DNA of 64,000 nucleotides from an uncultured Rikenellaceae bacterium (GCA_964633195.1 CAZWFL010000009.1:14679-78678), one strand, 5' to 3'; positions 45,601 to 55,100 are shown, counted from the first letter of the stretch. Program-made: numbers and translations. The notes: a model not told the origin generated them from the sequence alone.

Positions 45601-47178
45601 AGCGAAGCCGGTTGCACATCACCCTCATCCGCCAATGTGGTTATCAATGAACAGCCTCCAACGCCAACACCTCCCGTTATTGGAACAATAACCCAGCCGA
45701 CATGTGCGGTTTCAACGGGTAGCGTGATTCTTACCGGCTTGCCAGCGACAGGAACCTGGACAGTAACCAGAAATCCGGGAGGAGTAACCAGAACGGGCAC
45801 AGGTACATCAGTGACGATAACTTCCATCTTACCCGGTTCTTATACTTTTACAGTAACTAACTCATTCGGATGCATATCAGCACCTTCAGATGAAGTGGTA
45901 ATAAATACCCAGCCTCCGACACCATCGCCTCCGTCAGTTGGTACTATAACACCACCAACATGTACTGTTGCAACCGGAAGTGTCATCCTTCTTGGTCTGC
46001 CATCTTCCGGGACATGGACGTTAACAAGATACCCGGGTACTATTACAACTACCGGTACCGGAACAAGTACAACAATAACAGAACTTCCGACGGGAACATA
46101 CAATTATACTGTCACAAACGATTTTGGTTGCACATCCCTTGCATCGGCTAATGTGGTAATTCCGGCCCAGCCCCCGACACCAACAACTCCTGTTATCGGG
46201 ACCATAACACAACCAACATATTCCGTACCTACAGGAAGCGTGGTCCTTAGCGGTTTGCCTTCAGGAGGCTGGATCATAACACGCTATCCGGGTGAGGTAA
46301 CAACAACCGGAACCGGAACAAGTACAACAATATCCGGACTGCCGGGCGGAGTATTTACTTTCACTGTTACCAATACGTTTGGATGTATATCTCCCCAGTC
46401 AAATCCGGTTACAATATCCACTCCCGGAAGTCCGACACTTATAATTACGGATCCGCCGGCAGTCTGTACACCAGCAATAGTGGACCTGACCAATCCGGCT
46501 GTTACAGAGGGTTCAACACCGGGTCTGATCTATACTTACTGGACCGATCCGGAGGCTACAAATGAATATCCCACACCGCAAACAGCAACAACAGGAACAT
46601 ACTATATTAAAGGCACTACTGTTTCGGGATTCTTTAATATTCAGCCCGTTAATGTAACTGTTGATCTTATGCCAGTGCCGGATGCCGGACCTGATCAGAC
46701 GCTTGAATATGTTTTCAGAACAACCCTGGAGGCATCACTCTTAAGCCACGAAACAGGAATATGGTCAGTATTGTCCGGTGAAGGTAATTTTACAAGTGTC
46801 ACTGACCCGGGAACTGTTGTTTCCAACCTTGCTCCGGGTGCGAATATTCTTGTATGGACGGTCACCAGTGGTGTCTGCCCGTCAGTATCTGACCAGGTTG
46901 TCATCACAGTCAACGACCTGACAATACCCACACTGATTACCCCAAACATGGACGGAAGAAATGATTTCTTTGTAGTGAGAGGCCTCGAAACTCTCGGCAG
47001 AACAGAAATTATCATCTTCGACCGGCGGGGATTGCAGGTATATAAGAACAGCGACTATGACAACGACTGGTACGGAAATGATTATAATGACAATGCGTTA
47101 CCTGACGATACCTATTTCTATGTTCTCAGAGGCGCAAATGGCAGGTCGGTGAGCGGGTACATCGTTATAAGAAGATAG
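42622..47178 (+). CDS. Giant repeat adhesin with T9SS type B (gliding-motility-associated, CHU_C) C-terminal sorting domain
   Basis: The tracked ORF opens at TTG 42604. ATG 42622 gives signal peptide MIKSLGRILFVLSILTGSYNLAGQ. Ig-like/CHU_C-associated domains (WQWFTGTCGG). C-terminus ITPNMDGRNDFFVVRGLE...IIIFDRRGLQVY...DDTYFYVL matches the type B sorting-domain pattern. Confidence 0.8.
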   Translation: MIKSLGRILFVLSILTGSYNLAGQHGWTVNPADYAYNGSVTAVVFLGSNEVTAGTLGAFVGSTCRGFVNASPSAVVAGQYVFLLTCYSNVESGETLTFRYYNGLFYDVIETVEFQNNMIRGSEASPLLFHICDPVAVTTQPVSTSMCAGTGTASFTITADGTEPLYQWQYYNGSAWVSVTNGTPAGASYSNPTTNVLGIAGITAAGSYQYRCYVTNNCDNTDNATSNSATLTVQSLSEAPTGITITNNNTCYGTNKTLTVQGGSLGTGATWQWFTGTCGGTAAGTGSSIVVNPPAGTSTVYYVRASGTCNTTDCAEGTVIVTPNVGTPSVPVPSFTTICRGSPNTSYTTSAVNATSYNWSVTGSGNSISGTGTTGTVTWSPSFTGVATISVTASGCGGPSPSASTTVTVLAPPSAPVIGTITPPTCTVSTGSVVLSGLPSSGTWTIRRTPGGTTYTGTGTSTTIANLPEGTYTFTVELITGCTSPPSGSVVIPSQPPTPTPPVVGTITPPTCTLSTGSVALSGLPSTGEWTLTRYPGAAQTKGTGASTVISGLPAGAYNYTVTNQYGCTSLPSADVVIPEQPPTPGAPQIGTITQPTCAVATGSVVLNGLPSGSWSILPSYSASEIGGSGPSATITGVPPGTHTFRVSNQFGCTSAPSASVLINTQPPTPTPPVVGTVTQPTCTVATGSVALSGLPSSGTWTVTRNPGGVTTSGSGTTALITGIPAGTYTFTVTNSFGCTSSPSTQAVINAQPPSPAPPSQTVDCTLGAGNAVVTVTSPTGTGLEYRIDAGPYQSSNIFTGVANGSHTITVINSSGCTTTGPVFSVSCGCANPPTLTLSSTSGSTCGTEPVTVTNNTFGGSATSVTLAENGYGTLIPLSTSTTPFSFIYTPAAADAGRVVTITVTTNNPLGSPCNAASATYTLTVNAIPAAPSIGTRTQPSCTVPIGSVILNGLPPTGTWTLTRSPGGVTTTGTGTSTTISGLTPGTYSFTVTSEAGCTSPSSANVVINEQPPTPTPPVIGTITQPTCAVSTGSVILTGLPATGTWTVTRNPGGVTRTGTGTSVTITSILPGSYTFTVTNSFGCISAPSDEVVINTQPPTPSPPSVGTITPPTCTVATGSVILLGLPSSGTWTLTRYPGTITTTGTGTSTTITELPTGTYNYTVTNDFGCTSLASANVVIPAQPPTPTTPVIGTITQPTYSVPTGSVVLSGLPSGGWIITRYPGEVTTTGTGTSTTISGLPGGVFTFTVTNTFGCISPQSNPVTISTPGSPTLIITDPPAVCTPAIVDLTNPAVTEGSTPGLIYTYWTDPEATNEYPTPQTATTGTYYIKGTTVSGFFNIQPVNVTVDLMPVPDAGPDQTLEYVFRTTLEASLLSHETGIWSVLSGEGNFTSVTDPGTVVSNLAPGANILVWTVTSGVCPSVSDQVVITVNDLTIPTLITPNMDGRNDFFVVRGLETLGRTEIIIFDRRGLQVYKNSDYDNDWYGNDYNDNALPDDTYFYVLRGANGRSVSGYIVIRR
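43852..46425 (+). repeat. Coding tandem array: eight canonical plus one divergent ~85-aa Cys-pair repeats
   Basis: Consensus PPTPxPPxxGTITxPTCxVxTGSVxLxGLPxxGTWTxTRxPGGVTTTGTGTSTTIxGLPxGTYxFTVTNxFGCTSxPSxxVVIxxQ. The copies are only ~70% identical at DNA level by eye. Confidence 0.8.
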
Positions 47179-47209
47179 ATATCCGGTTTCAGGGGTTCTG
47201 TTGCAGACC

Positions 47210-47272
47210 GGTAATCCCTGCCCGACTGACATCGGTCAGGCGGGGGTGATCGGTATTCAGTAATCGGTAACA
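47210..47272. repeat. Heptamer array (GGTAATC): 1 unit, a 28-bp GC hairpin insert, then 4 units
   Basis: ggtaatc at 47210-47216. Hairpin cctgcccgactgacatcggtcaggcggg at 47217-47244. ggtgatc ggtattc agtaatc ggtaaca at 47245-47272. Confidence 0.85.
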
Positions 47273-47324
47273 GAGGCTTTGAGAGATAAATATGGACATA
47301 TAAGAAACAAATTTTACCATAATA

Positions 47325-48242
47325 ATGAAGAAGTTATTTAGAATTCTAATTTTTCTGCTGGTGCCACTGAGCCTGGCGGGACAGCAGCCGCCGGTGACGA
47401 ACCAGTATATTCTCAATCCGCTTAGCATCAATCCTGCTTATGCAGGGAACAGGGGTGCATTGAACATTGCCGCTTTCTACAGGAAGCAGTGGGTCGGGAT
47501 ACCTGGTGCTCCGGAAACAATGACTCTGGCAATGGATGCGCCTGTACTTGACGGCAAGCTGGGTCTGGGACTTATCGTTGTCAATGACAAGATAGGTGTA
47601 ACCAGGGCTACACAATTCAGCTCAAACTATGCTTACAGAATAAGTATGGGTGACGGTTTGTTATCATTCGGACTGGGAGCAGGGCTGATAACCACCAATA
47701 CTGCCTGGTCCGACCTGGTGGTACTTGACCCCGGTGATGAAATATACCTTTCCGATTCACGGGCATATTATGTCCCTGATTTCAGCTTTGGAGTATACTA
47801 TTCGTACCGTAACTATTTTGCCGGACTATCAATTCCAAAATTACTCGGGTATGGATTCGATTACCCTGAGAATAAATATACTCTGAGCGTTGATCCCGGA
47901 CAATACTATTATCTGTTCAATACGGGTTATATCTTCACTCTGTCGCAGAAAACGAAATTTTTCCCATCAGCACTGTTAAGTTATTCTCCGGGTGACAGGC
48001 TTCTGTATGAGGTTAACGCACATTTCAATCTGTTCGACAGGTTGTGGGTTGGTGCATCTTACAGAAGCGAGCGTTCCGTAACCGGATTGCTGCAGTTTTC
48101 CATCAATAATCAGGTTAAAGCAGCATATTCATACGATTTTGATTTTGGCGATCTCCGCACCTACACGAGCGGATCACATGAGATCATGCTCAGGTATGAG
48201 TTCCGCTACAGGGTAGAGGTGGTTAATCCGCTGATTTTTTAA
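47325..48242 (+). CDS. PorP/SprF-family type IX secretion system membrane protein
   Basis: 305 aa. Signal peptide followed by QQPPVTNQYILNPLSINPAYAGNRGALNIAAFYRKQWVGIPGAP, the family-defining N-terminal block. Beta-barrel-like alternation to the C-terminus. Confidence 0.85.
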   Translation: MKKLFRILIFLLVPLSLAGQQPPVTNQYILNPLSINPAYAGNRGALNIAAFYRKQWVGIPGAPETMTLAMDAPVLDGKLGLGLIVVNDKIGVTRATQFSSNYAYRISMGDGLLSFGLGAGLITTNTAWSDLVVLDPGDEIYLSDSRAYYVPDFSFGVYYSYRNYFAGLSIPKLLGYGFDYPENKYTLSVDPGQYYYLFNTGYIFTLSQKTKFFPSALLSYSPGDRLLYEVNAHFNLFDRLWVGASYRSERSVTGLLQFSINNQVKAAYSYDFDFGDLRTYTSGSHEIMLRYEFRYRVEVVNPLIF

Positions 48243-48246
48243 GCAC

Positions 48247-48367
48247 CCACTAACCACTCCTTAAGAGTAACCGCCCCCCAACCCCCCTGAAGGGGGGCAA
48301 ATTAGTGGCACAGAACATACCCCCCTTTAGGGGGGCAGGGGGGCAAACAATAAGCAGGGGGACAAAC
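48247..48367. repeat. Nested C6/G6 hairpins and CAGGGGGNCAAAC direct repeats
   Basis: ccactaa (48247-48253) pairs with ttagtgg (48302-48308), enclosing cccccctgaagggggg (48282-48297). C6-ttta-G6 at 48320-48335. caggggggcaaac and cagggggacaaac follow. Confidence 0.8.
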
Positions 48368-48429
48368 GAACTGGCAGGTTATAAAAATTGAAATAATTTC
48401 AAAAACTTTCCTAACTTTAACACTCAAAT

Positions 48430-48459
48430 AACTCTAGGCACTTCGAACTCTAGGCACTC
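48430..48459. repeat. Inverted copy of the 16-bp family (reverse complement unit AGAGTTCGAAGTGCCT) x1.9
   Basis: aactctaggcacttcg at 48430-48445 and aactctaggcactc at 48446-48459. It ends 6 nt before ATG 48466. Confidence 0.85.
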
Positions 48460-48465
48460 ATTAAT

Positions 48466-50616
48466 ATGAATCAAAGAATAGTAACAACCCTGCTTCTTAT
48501 TCTCCTTACTCTGCCATTACTTTGCCAGGAACCATCCTATTCCGTTACCCGTGCCCCTTTCAGCTCTGATAAATACGATGAATTCAGTCCGGTCTGGTAC
48601 GGGAATGGAATAGTATTTACAACAACCCGGAAAGCCGGCTCACTGATTGATTATTCATCATCGTTCGGCAATCCAACGGTAAATGTCAATTATATTGATA
48701 CAACAGGAACAATAACCTGGCGGAAAGCACAGGTCTTTTCCAAAAGTCTTAGAACACCTTTCAACGACGGACCTGTAACCTTCAACACTACTGGAGATAC
48801 TATTTATTTCTCAAGAAACCTATATGTTGAAGGGAGCCTGTCGGTTCTTTCATCTCCGAGAAACAGACTGGGCATATTCATGGCTGTGCTTGAAGGGGAT
48901 AAATGGACCAGAATAACCGAGCTGAGGTTTAACAACGAATGGTATAATATCACAACTCCATGGCTTGCCCCTGACGGAAGCAGGTTGTATTTTGCTTCTG
49001 ATAAACCCGATGGTTACGGGGGCTCTGATCTTTATTACTGCGAGTGGAAAGGAGGTTACTGGACCGATCCGGTAAATCTTGGTCCTGTAATAAACACTCC
49101 GGGTAACGAATCATATCCTTTTGTTAACGCCGCAGGTGAACTGCTATTCGCCTCCGATGGCCATCCGGGATTTGGAGGGAAGGATATATTTTTCTCTAGA
49201 CCGCAGGGAAATCAATGGTTACCTCCTGTCAGGCTTGACCCTCCTGTTAATTCCGAATACGATGATTTCGGAATAATAACAGATTCACTCTTCAGTAACG
49301 GTTATTTCTCATCGAACAGAGATGGTTCAATTGATATTTTCAAATTTGAAACCATCTTTCCACAAATATTTTATACAGACATTCAGAGAGGAAATCAGTA
49401 TTGCTTCATTTTTTCAGATGAAGGTGGCATCGAGGCAGATACCTTGAATCTCAGGTACCGGTGGGATTTCGGGGATGGACAAAAGGCATACGGACCGGTT
49501 GTTCAGCATTGTTTCCCCGGCCCCGGGGACTATATTGTAAAACTGGATATTATTGACAGGTTAACTGGCGGGGTCTATTTTACAAAGCTTGTCAACAGAA
49601 TTGAACTCCGCGATTATGAACAGCCTTTTATCAAGTCACCCGATGTTGCGATTACCGGAGAATCAATCCAGTTTGATGCCCTTAACTCATTTCTTCCGGG
49701 ATACGAGATCCTTAGTTATTCATGGGAGTTTGGAGAGGGAACAAGGCTGCAGGGAGAGAGTGTTAGTCATATATTTAACAGACCGGGAGACTATGATGTA
49801 AACCTTGGAGTTACATTAAGATCAAAAACTACAGGTGTTGTGCATAAAACCGGTGTATCAAAGAAGATAGTGGTTCTGGGCTCGATACCGGAGAGAGCAT
49901 CATGGCTGGCGAAGAAGTCAGGTGTAAAACCCACTTTACCGGATATCAGGGAATATGAAAATGCACATGTCATAACTCAATATTCAGCAGAAGAACAGGC
50001 TAAAAAAGAAGCTTACTATACTATCGAACTCTATTCCTCCAAAACCAGGGCGGATATTAACACTCCAGTGTTAAAAAACCTTCCTGTGAAATATAATCTG
50101 AGGGAGGTTTATGATTCAGTATCCCGCATTTACAGCTATACAGCTGAATATTTCATGAATCTGATGGATGCCTGGCCCTCATTCAGGGAGCTTGCCGGAC
50201 TCGGCTTCAAAGACGCGCAGGTAAAAATAAATGTGATAAGCGATGCGGCAGAAAGAGAGCTATATATCATAAAAAAGAACTACGGGCTTCAATCGGATGG
50301 ATATTTTGATGCTAATAACAGGATCAGGGCAGGAGCATATTTACTTCTTGACCAGGTAGTTATTTTGATGAACCGAAACCCGGAGATAATTCTTGAGATT
50401 GGAGTACATACTGATAATACAGGAACTGCGGCAAATAGTCTGAGGATTTCCCAGATAAGGGCTCAGGTTATGGCTAATTACCTTGTTAACAGGGGTATAA
50501 ATGCAAAAAGACTTATTCAGAGAGGTTTTGGAGGAACAAAACCTATTGCATCAAATATTCTGGATGCCGGAAGAAGACTTAACAGGAGGGTAGATTTCCG
50601 TATAATTACCAAATGA
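48466..50616 (+). CDS. OmpA-family protein with TolB-like beta-propeller repeats and two PKD domains
   Basis: 716 aa. PD40-like repeats (DGSRLYFASDKPDGYGGSDLYY, AGELLFASDGHPGFGGKDIFF). PKD motifs YRWDFGDGQ and YSWEFGEGT. C-terminal OmpA_C block (GVHTDNTGTAANSLRISQIRA...NRRVDFRI). Confidence 0.8.
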   Translation: MNQRIVTTLLLILLTLPLLCQEPSYSVTRAPFSSDKYDEFSPVWYGNGIVFTTTRKAGSLIDYSSSFGNPTVNVNYIDTTGTITWRKAQVFSKSLRTPFNDGPVTFNTTGDTIYFSRNLYVEGSLSVLSSPRNRLGIFMAVLEGDKWTRITELRFNNEWYNITTPWLAPDGSRLYFASDKPDGYGGSDLYYCEWKGGYWTDPVNLGPVINTPGNESYPFVNAAGELLFASDGHPGFGGKDIFFSRPQGNQWLPPVRLDPPVNSEYDDFGIITDSLFSNGYFSSNRDGSIDIFKFETIFPQIFYTDIQRGNQYCFIFSDEGGIEADTLNLRYRWDFGDGQKAYGPVVQHCFPGPGDYIVKLDIIDRLTGGVYFTKLVNRIELRDYEQPFIKSPDVAITGESIQFDALNSFLPGYEILSYSWEFGEGTRLQGESVSHIFNRPGDYDVNLGVTLRSKTTGVVHKTGVSKKIVVLGSIPERASWLAKKSGVKPTLPDIREYENAHVITQYSAEEQAKKEAYYTIELYSSKTRADINTPVLKNLPVKYNLREVYDSVSRIYSYTAEYFMNLMDAWPSFRELAGLGFKDAQVKINVISDAAERELYIIKKNYGLQSDGYFDANNRIRAGAYLLLDQVVILMNRNPEIILEIGVHTDNTGTAANSLRISQIRAQVMANYLVNRGINAKRLIQRGFGGTKPIASNILDAGRRLNRRVDFRIITK

Positions 50617-50688
50617 CCGGATATCAGGGGCTATCCTGGCTTGCAGCCTGAACCTGAATAAATAATTAAATATCGTATCTTTACCGAA

Positions 50689-50714
50689 GACAGGCGAGCA
50701 GCCTGTCGTTTTAT
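50689..50714 (+). terminator. Terminator-like hairpin
   Basis: gacagg (50689-50694) pairs with cctgtc (50702-50707). The loop is 7 nt, followed by gtttta. It lies 73 nt after stop 50616. Confidence 0.45.
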
Positions 50715-50730
50715 AATATTGTGCTGATTT

Positions 50731-51993
50731 ATGCAAAGAACGGTTTTCTTTCTTATAATATTCCTGTCAGTTAAGCTGTCTCCTTTATGTTCCCAGGTCG
50801 TTCTTACAATTGAAGGAACAGTGGTTGTTGATACAATAACAGGAACTTCCGGCGGGGTAAACATACCAAGGAGTTCCCCAACTATTTTAACTTATCGGAA
50901 TAACTCCATAACATCGGTAAATGCTTATGGTTATATGCTTCAGGCTGGTGACGAAAGCAGGGGCCTGTATACAAATAATCTTGACGGGGAGGTAATAACC
51001 GGCAACAGATTTATCTGGAATGGTACTAACCCGTCTGCTACAACACATGCTGTCTTCACAGGATATAACTTAAATGCAGTTATTAAATACAACTATCTGC
51101 TGAATACGCCAAACGGCATTCAGAGGAAATCTGATGGTATGACTGACGTAACCGGTGTAATTGCCTATAACATTATAAATAATCCCATTGTAGGTATTGT
51201 TGTCAAGGGAATGAACGGGGTAAGGATCTTTAATAATACTCTTTTCAGCAGGAGGACCATTTCCGAAACAAACCGGGGCTTGATAGATATTCATAAGAAT
51301 ACGGATAATGGATTAAACGGAAATTCGACCGGAGTGAAAGTATTCAACAATATTTTCTATACTGCAAACAGAGTGTTTAACATTAAGATCTATGAAACGG
51401 AATGTCTTGAAGGTTTTGAAAGTGACTATAATCTTTTCTGGTGCGAAAGCGGAGAACCACTATTTGAGGTCGCAGGTGTAACAAGAACTTTTACTCAGTG
51501 GCAGGCCATGGGTTACGATCTGCATTCCGTAGTAATCAATCCTGATTTTGCAGATTCAAACGATTTTATCCCCCGCAGCAGACTAGATTATGGTACAGAC
51601 CTTGGGGAGTCTCTGGTGGAAGCTCTTTCTGTTAATGCTGTCTGGAGTTCAACAGATCCTGAGACAATTAACCAGGCAGGAAAGTGGCAGGTCGGAGCCA
51701 GGATTTATGAAGATAATACAGTAAATCCGGATACAAACGAATTAAAGAAAGATCTTATAATATATCCAAATCCTACAAAAGGTAGTTTTAATGTAACTGT
51801 CACTGATCCGTTACTGACACTGCACAGGATTGATATTTTTGATCTGGCAGGCAGACTTGCTTTCTCTGATTTTGTAATTCAGGGAATAAGAGATCTGGAG
51901 ATCAGGGAGATACTGAATCCCGGTGTCTACATTGTAATGGTTGGCGCTGAAACTAAAGTCCCGTTCATTCAGAAACTTGTTGTTATAAGATGA
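50731..51993 (+). CDS. T9SS type A cargo with right-handed parallel beta-helix domain
   Basis: 420 aa. Repetitive N/G/I-rich turns (NNPIVGIVVKGMNGVRIFNNTLF, GVKVFNNIFY). C-terminal IIYPNPTKGSFNVTV...GVYIVMVGAETKVPFIQKLVVIR. Confidence 0.65.
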   Translation: MQRTVFFLIIFLSVKLSPLCSQVVLTIEGTVVVDTITGTSGGVNIPRSSPTILTYRNNSITSVNAYGYMLQAGDESRGLYTNNLDGEVITGNRFIWNGTNPSATTHAVFTGYNLNAVIKYNYLLNTPNGIQRKSDGMTDVTGVIAYNIINNPIVGIVVKGMNGVRIFNNTLFSRRTISETNRGLIDIHKNTDNGLNGNSTGVKVFNNIFYTANRVFNIKIYETECLEGFESDYNLFWCESGEPLFEVAGVTRTFTQWQAMGYDLHSVVINPDFADSNDFIPRSRLDYGTDLGESLVEALSVNAVWSSTDPETINQAGKWQVGARIYEDNTVNPDTNELKKDLIIYPNPTKGSFNVTVTDPLLTLHRIDIFDLAGRLAFSDFVIQGIRDLEIREILNPGVYIVMVGAETKVPFIQKLVVIR

Positions 51994-52025
51994 GTTCGGA
52001 GTGTGGAATTCGGAGTGTGGAGTTG
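51993..52025. repeat. 15-bp unit AGTTCGGAGTGTGGA x2 (divergent member of the 16-bp family)
   Basis: agttcggagtgtgga at 51993-52007 and attcggagtgtgga at 52008-52021, then gttg. It starts inside the stop codon of the upstream gene. Confidence 0.8.
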
Positions 52026-52041
52026 AAAAACAACAATTGTG

Positions 52042-52105
52042 AGTACCCAGTACCCCCGCCTGACCGCTGACGCAGTCAGTCGGGCAGGCAGTACCCAGTA
52101 CCCAG
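52042..52105. repeat. Heptamer array (AGTACCC): 2 units, a GC hairpin insert, then 2.3 units
   Basis: agtaccc x2 at 52042-52055. Hairpin ccgcctgaccgctgacgcagtcagtcgggcaggc at 52056-52089. agtaccc agtaccc ag at 52090-52105. The hairpin stems match the reverse complement of 47217-47244. Confidence 0.85.
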
Positions 52106-52108
52106 AAG

Positions 52109-55100
52109 TCATTCCCTTATAAACTTCTTGGTAACAATTATCTCACTTCCGGTTAGCATGATAACATAAATCCCCGGCTTAAGATACGACAGGTCAAACT
52201 CTTTTAAGATCTCTTCCCGGCTGATGGTGCCTGTATAAACCGCCTGTCCTCCTGATGACAATATTGTAACCCTGCTGTTATCAATTTGCATAGGATCAAT
52301 AAACTCAATAGTGAAATGACCATTGTTCGGGTTAGGATAAAGGTTGAAAATCTCAGCGTTGGGATCATATATAATGCCGGCTTCGACCTGAATATCAATA
52401 ACGGATGACGTGGTAGATGCATTCATGTTATCAGTAGCGACTGCTGTTATATGATAACTTCCCGCCTCAACATCTTTCCATGTAAAGGAATATGGAGCAG
52501 TGGTTAACTCAGCAAGCTTGACGGTGCCATTGAAGAACTCAACTTTTGTTATTCTGCCATCGGGATCAGATGCAACAGCATCAATCGTAACAGTTGCAGG
52601 TGCTGTATACTTAAATCCCTTTACCGGGTTTGAAATTGAAACTGAAGGAGGCTGATTTGTTACAACAGGTGGATCTGGCTGAGCTGGCGGAGCCACACAA
52701 TTGTTTGTTACTGTCTGTGTTGTAAGAGATGCAGCCTGTCCGCCCTCAGAAGTTTGCAAAGGATTGGCGGATGGTTTTGTGTATGCAACAGTAACATTGT
52801 TGCCGTAAACAACAGGACTTGCCAGTGTTAACCGGACCTTTCCTGACGCGATTGCCACTGAAGAAACTGTTCTCGCGGATGAATTAACCCGGACTGTGAA
52901 TGCTGAAGCTGATGGTACTATGTTGGCAAGACTCAGGCTATAGGTCATCTCAATAATGGAAGGTGCAGCATTCTGAACAACAGCACTCTGAAAGACCGGG
53001 ACAGGAGGAGCGCAGTTATTTGTTACACTTTTTGCACTGAGTGACTCAGCCTGACCTCCCGATGAGGTCTGTAAGGGATTTGTAGAAGGTTTTGTATAAG
53101 CAACAGTAACCACGTCGCCAAAAGAAACAGGACTTGAAAGAGTTAACCGGACCTTACCTGATACAATGGCTACTGATGAAACAGTTCTTGCAGATGAATT
53201 GACTCTTACAGTAAATGCCGAGGCAGAAGGAACAACATTGGCCAGACTGAGGTTATAGGTCATTGTCAGTGCAGTGGGAGCAGAATTTTCGATTACGGAG
53301 CTTGAATAAACAGGTATTGCAGGTTGAGAAGGATTTGGGTCAGGCATCAGAATGACCGAAGTGTATGGTTTCAGGGTGACAGAGGTGGAATATTTGGTCC
53401 CTTTTGCATCAATCATTGGTTTTGACAGGGAAATGACCCGGTCTGACTTGGTTGCATTGTAATGGAACACTATGGCCGAAGGATCTGTCAGGGTTATGGG
53501 AGATTTTTTTGAGTTCAGATCCTGGCCTGTATAGGAGCGCCATCCCGCAAGATCTCTATATTTGGCACCTGTTGCCGGTTCGTAGGTATAAAAAACAATA
53601 TTATCATCAACAGGCCGGGCATAAACATTATTATCTGCTGTTCCAAAGCTGGTTATTCCGTTTGCTACACTGTGGAACCTCAGGCTGAATTGACTATCAG
53701 TTCTTGCAAAGAAGATATTGTTATTCATCACATGACCGGTCATGGTGTTGGAGGTGCTTGAATTTTGATAATAAATTCCAGTATAGTTATTGAATACTGT
53801 ATTACCGGTTATTATATTATTAGAGCCTTTGTGAACTTTAATACCGGCATATCTGCAATTCGCAATAGTATTATTTCTCAAAGTAACATTTGAAGCAAAA
53901 ACATCCAGATAGATTCCCTCTGCAAGTTTTGCATTAGTATTTCCGACTCCGGAATTCAGGATTATATTATCACTAATAATTCGACCAGTATATCCTGCAA
54001 CATTAGTGTAAATTCCTGCACCATCATCTAAAAGCATGCAAGGATAATTAATATAGTTATTTCTGACCGCAGCATTATTGCCAGAAAAATATATTCCGTT
54101 ATATGCTGTATTTATTATACTATTATATTGAATTAAAGCATCATTGCCGTTATAAATATAAATACCGTTACTCTGAGTGGCTCTGAATGCTGTTCCTGGC
54201 AATATGCCAATGTCTTGAATAGTATTATCTAATATTTTACAATTATTTGTCGCAATTACAAATATGCCACTTCTATTTACTTGACTAATGTCATTATTAG
54301 TATATGTGTGAGAACTTCCTATGTCGGTATTAATTCCGTTTTCTCCGATGAAACTGATGTTACAATTTCTGACAATGCAGTTGGCATTACCGTAGACGAA
54401 AAATATAGCGAAACGATTTGCGCCTTTGAGTTCTAGTCCATCGATTGTTATGTAATCATGACCGTAGCAATAGATTAAATTGTTTATTGTTGAAATTCTA
54501 ACTGTTTTTGCCGAAGGATCTCCATAAATGTAAAATTTACCGTCTTTAACAGAATGGTGCCATTCATTCTCTTTTGTAACGCATCTGATATCATTCTGTA
54601 TAAAATAATATCTTCCGGTTTGATAGGGAATATCGCCGCTGCCAAGGTTGGAATATGTTAATACATCTCCATTGTGAGCGGTAATAAGACATCTGTCGAG
54701 AACCCAGTCATTAATATTGATCACTGCCTCAGCCCCGGTCCAGTTAATTGCATCTCCGAGCCCATTGTCGGTAATCGTTCTTGGACTTGATGTATAGGAT
54801 TCAAAAGTCAGATTGGTACCGGCATCGGGATACCGTCCCTTTGCCACCTGCACACCGTTAACGGTAACCATGTTGATCTGTTCCTCTGAACTGACAGATT
54901 TCGAAAAGATCCCGCCTCCTTCATTTGTCCAGCCGGAAAGGGTTGTGAAACCTGTAATAACAGGCTTGTCGCCGGTTCCGTATGAGCCGAGTGTGATCGG
55001 ACTGCCTGATACTCCTGATTTTGTAATATTTATTGTTCCGTAAAATGTATCCCCGCGCCTGAAAAGAATTTTATCACCCGGTTTCAGAGTTGAAAATACG

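Noticed and set aside
43689-46493. Several antisense or alternate-frame ORFs inside the adhesin gene (43689-44168, 44208-44870, 45039-45284, 45582-45827, 45840-46103, 46284-46493).
   Set aside because: They mirror the Pro/Thr/Gly-rich repeat array (V/G/P-rich translations) and have no independent starts or signals. They are the expected artefacts of a long, biased, stop-poor repeat region.
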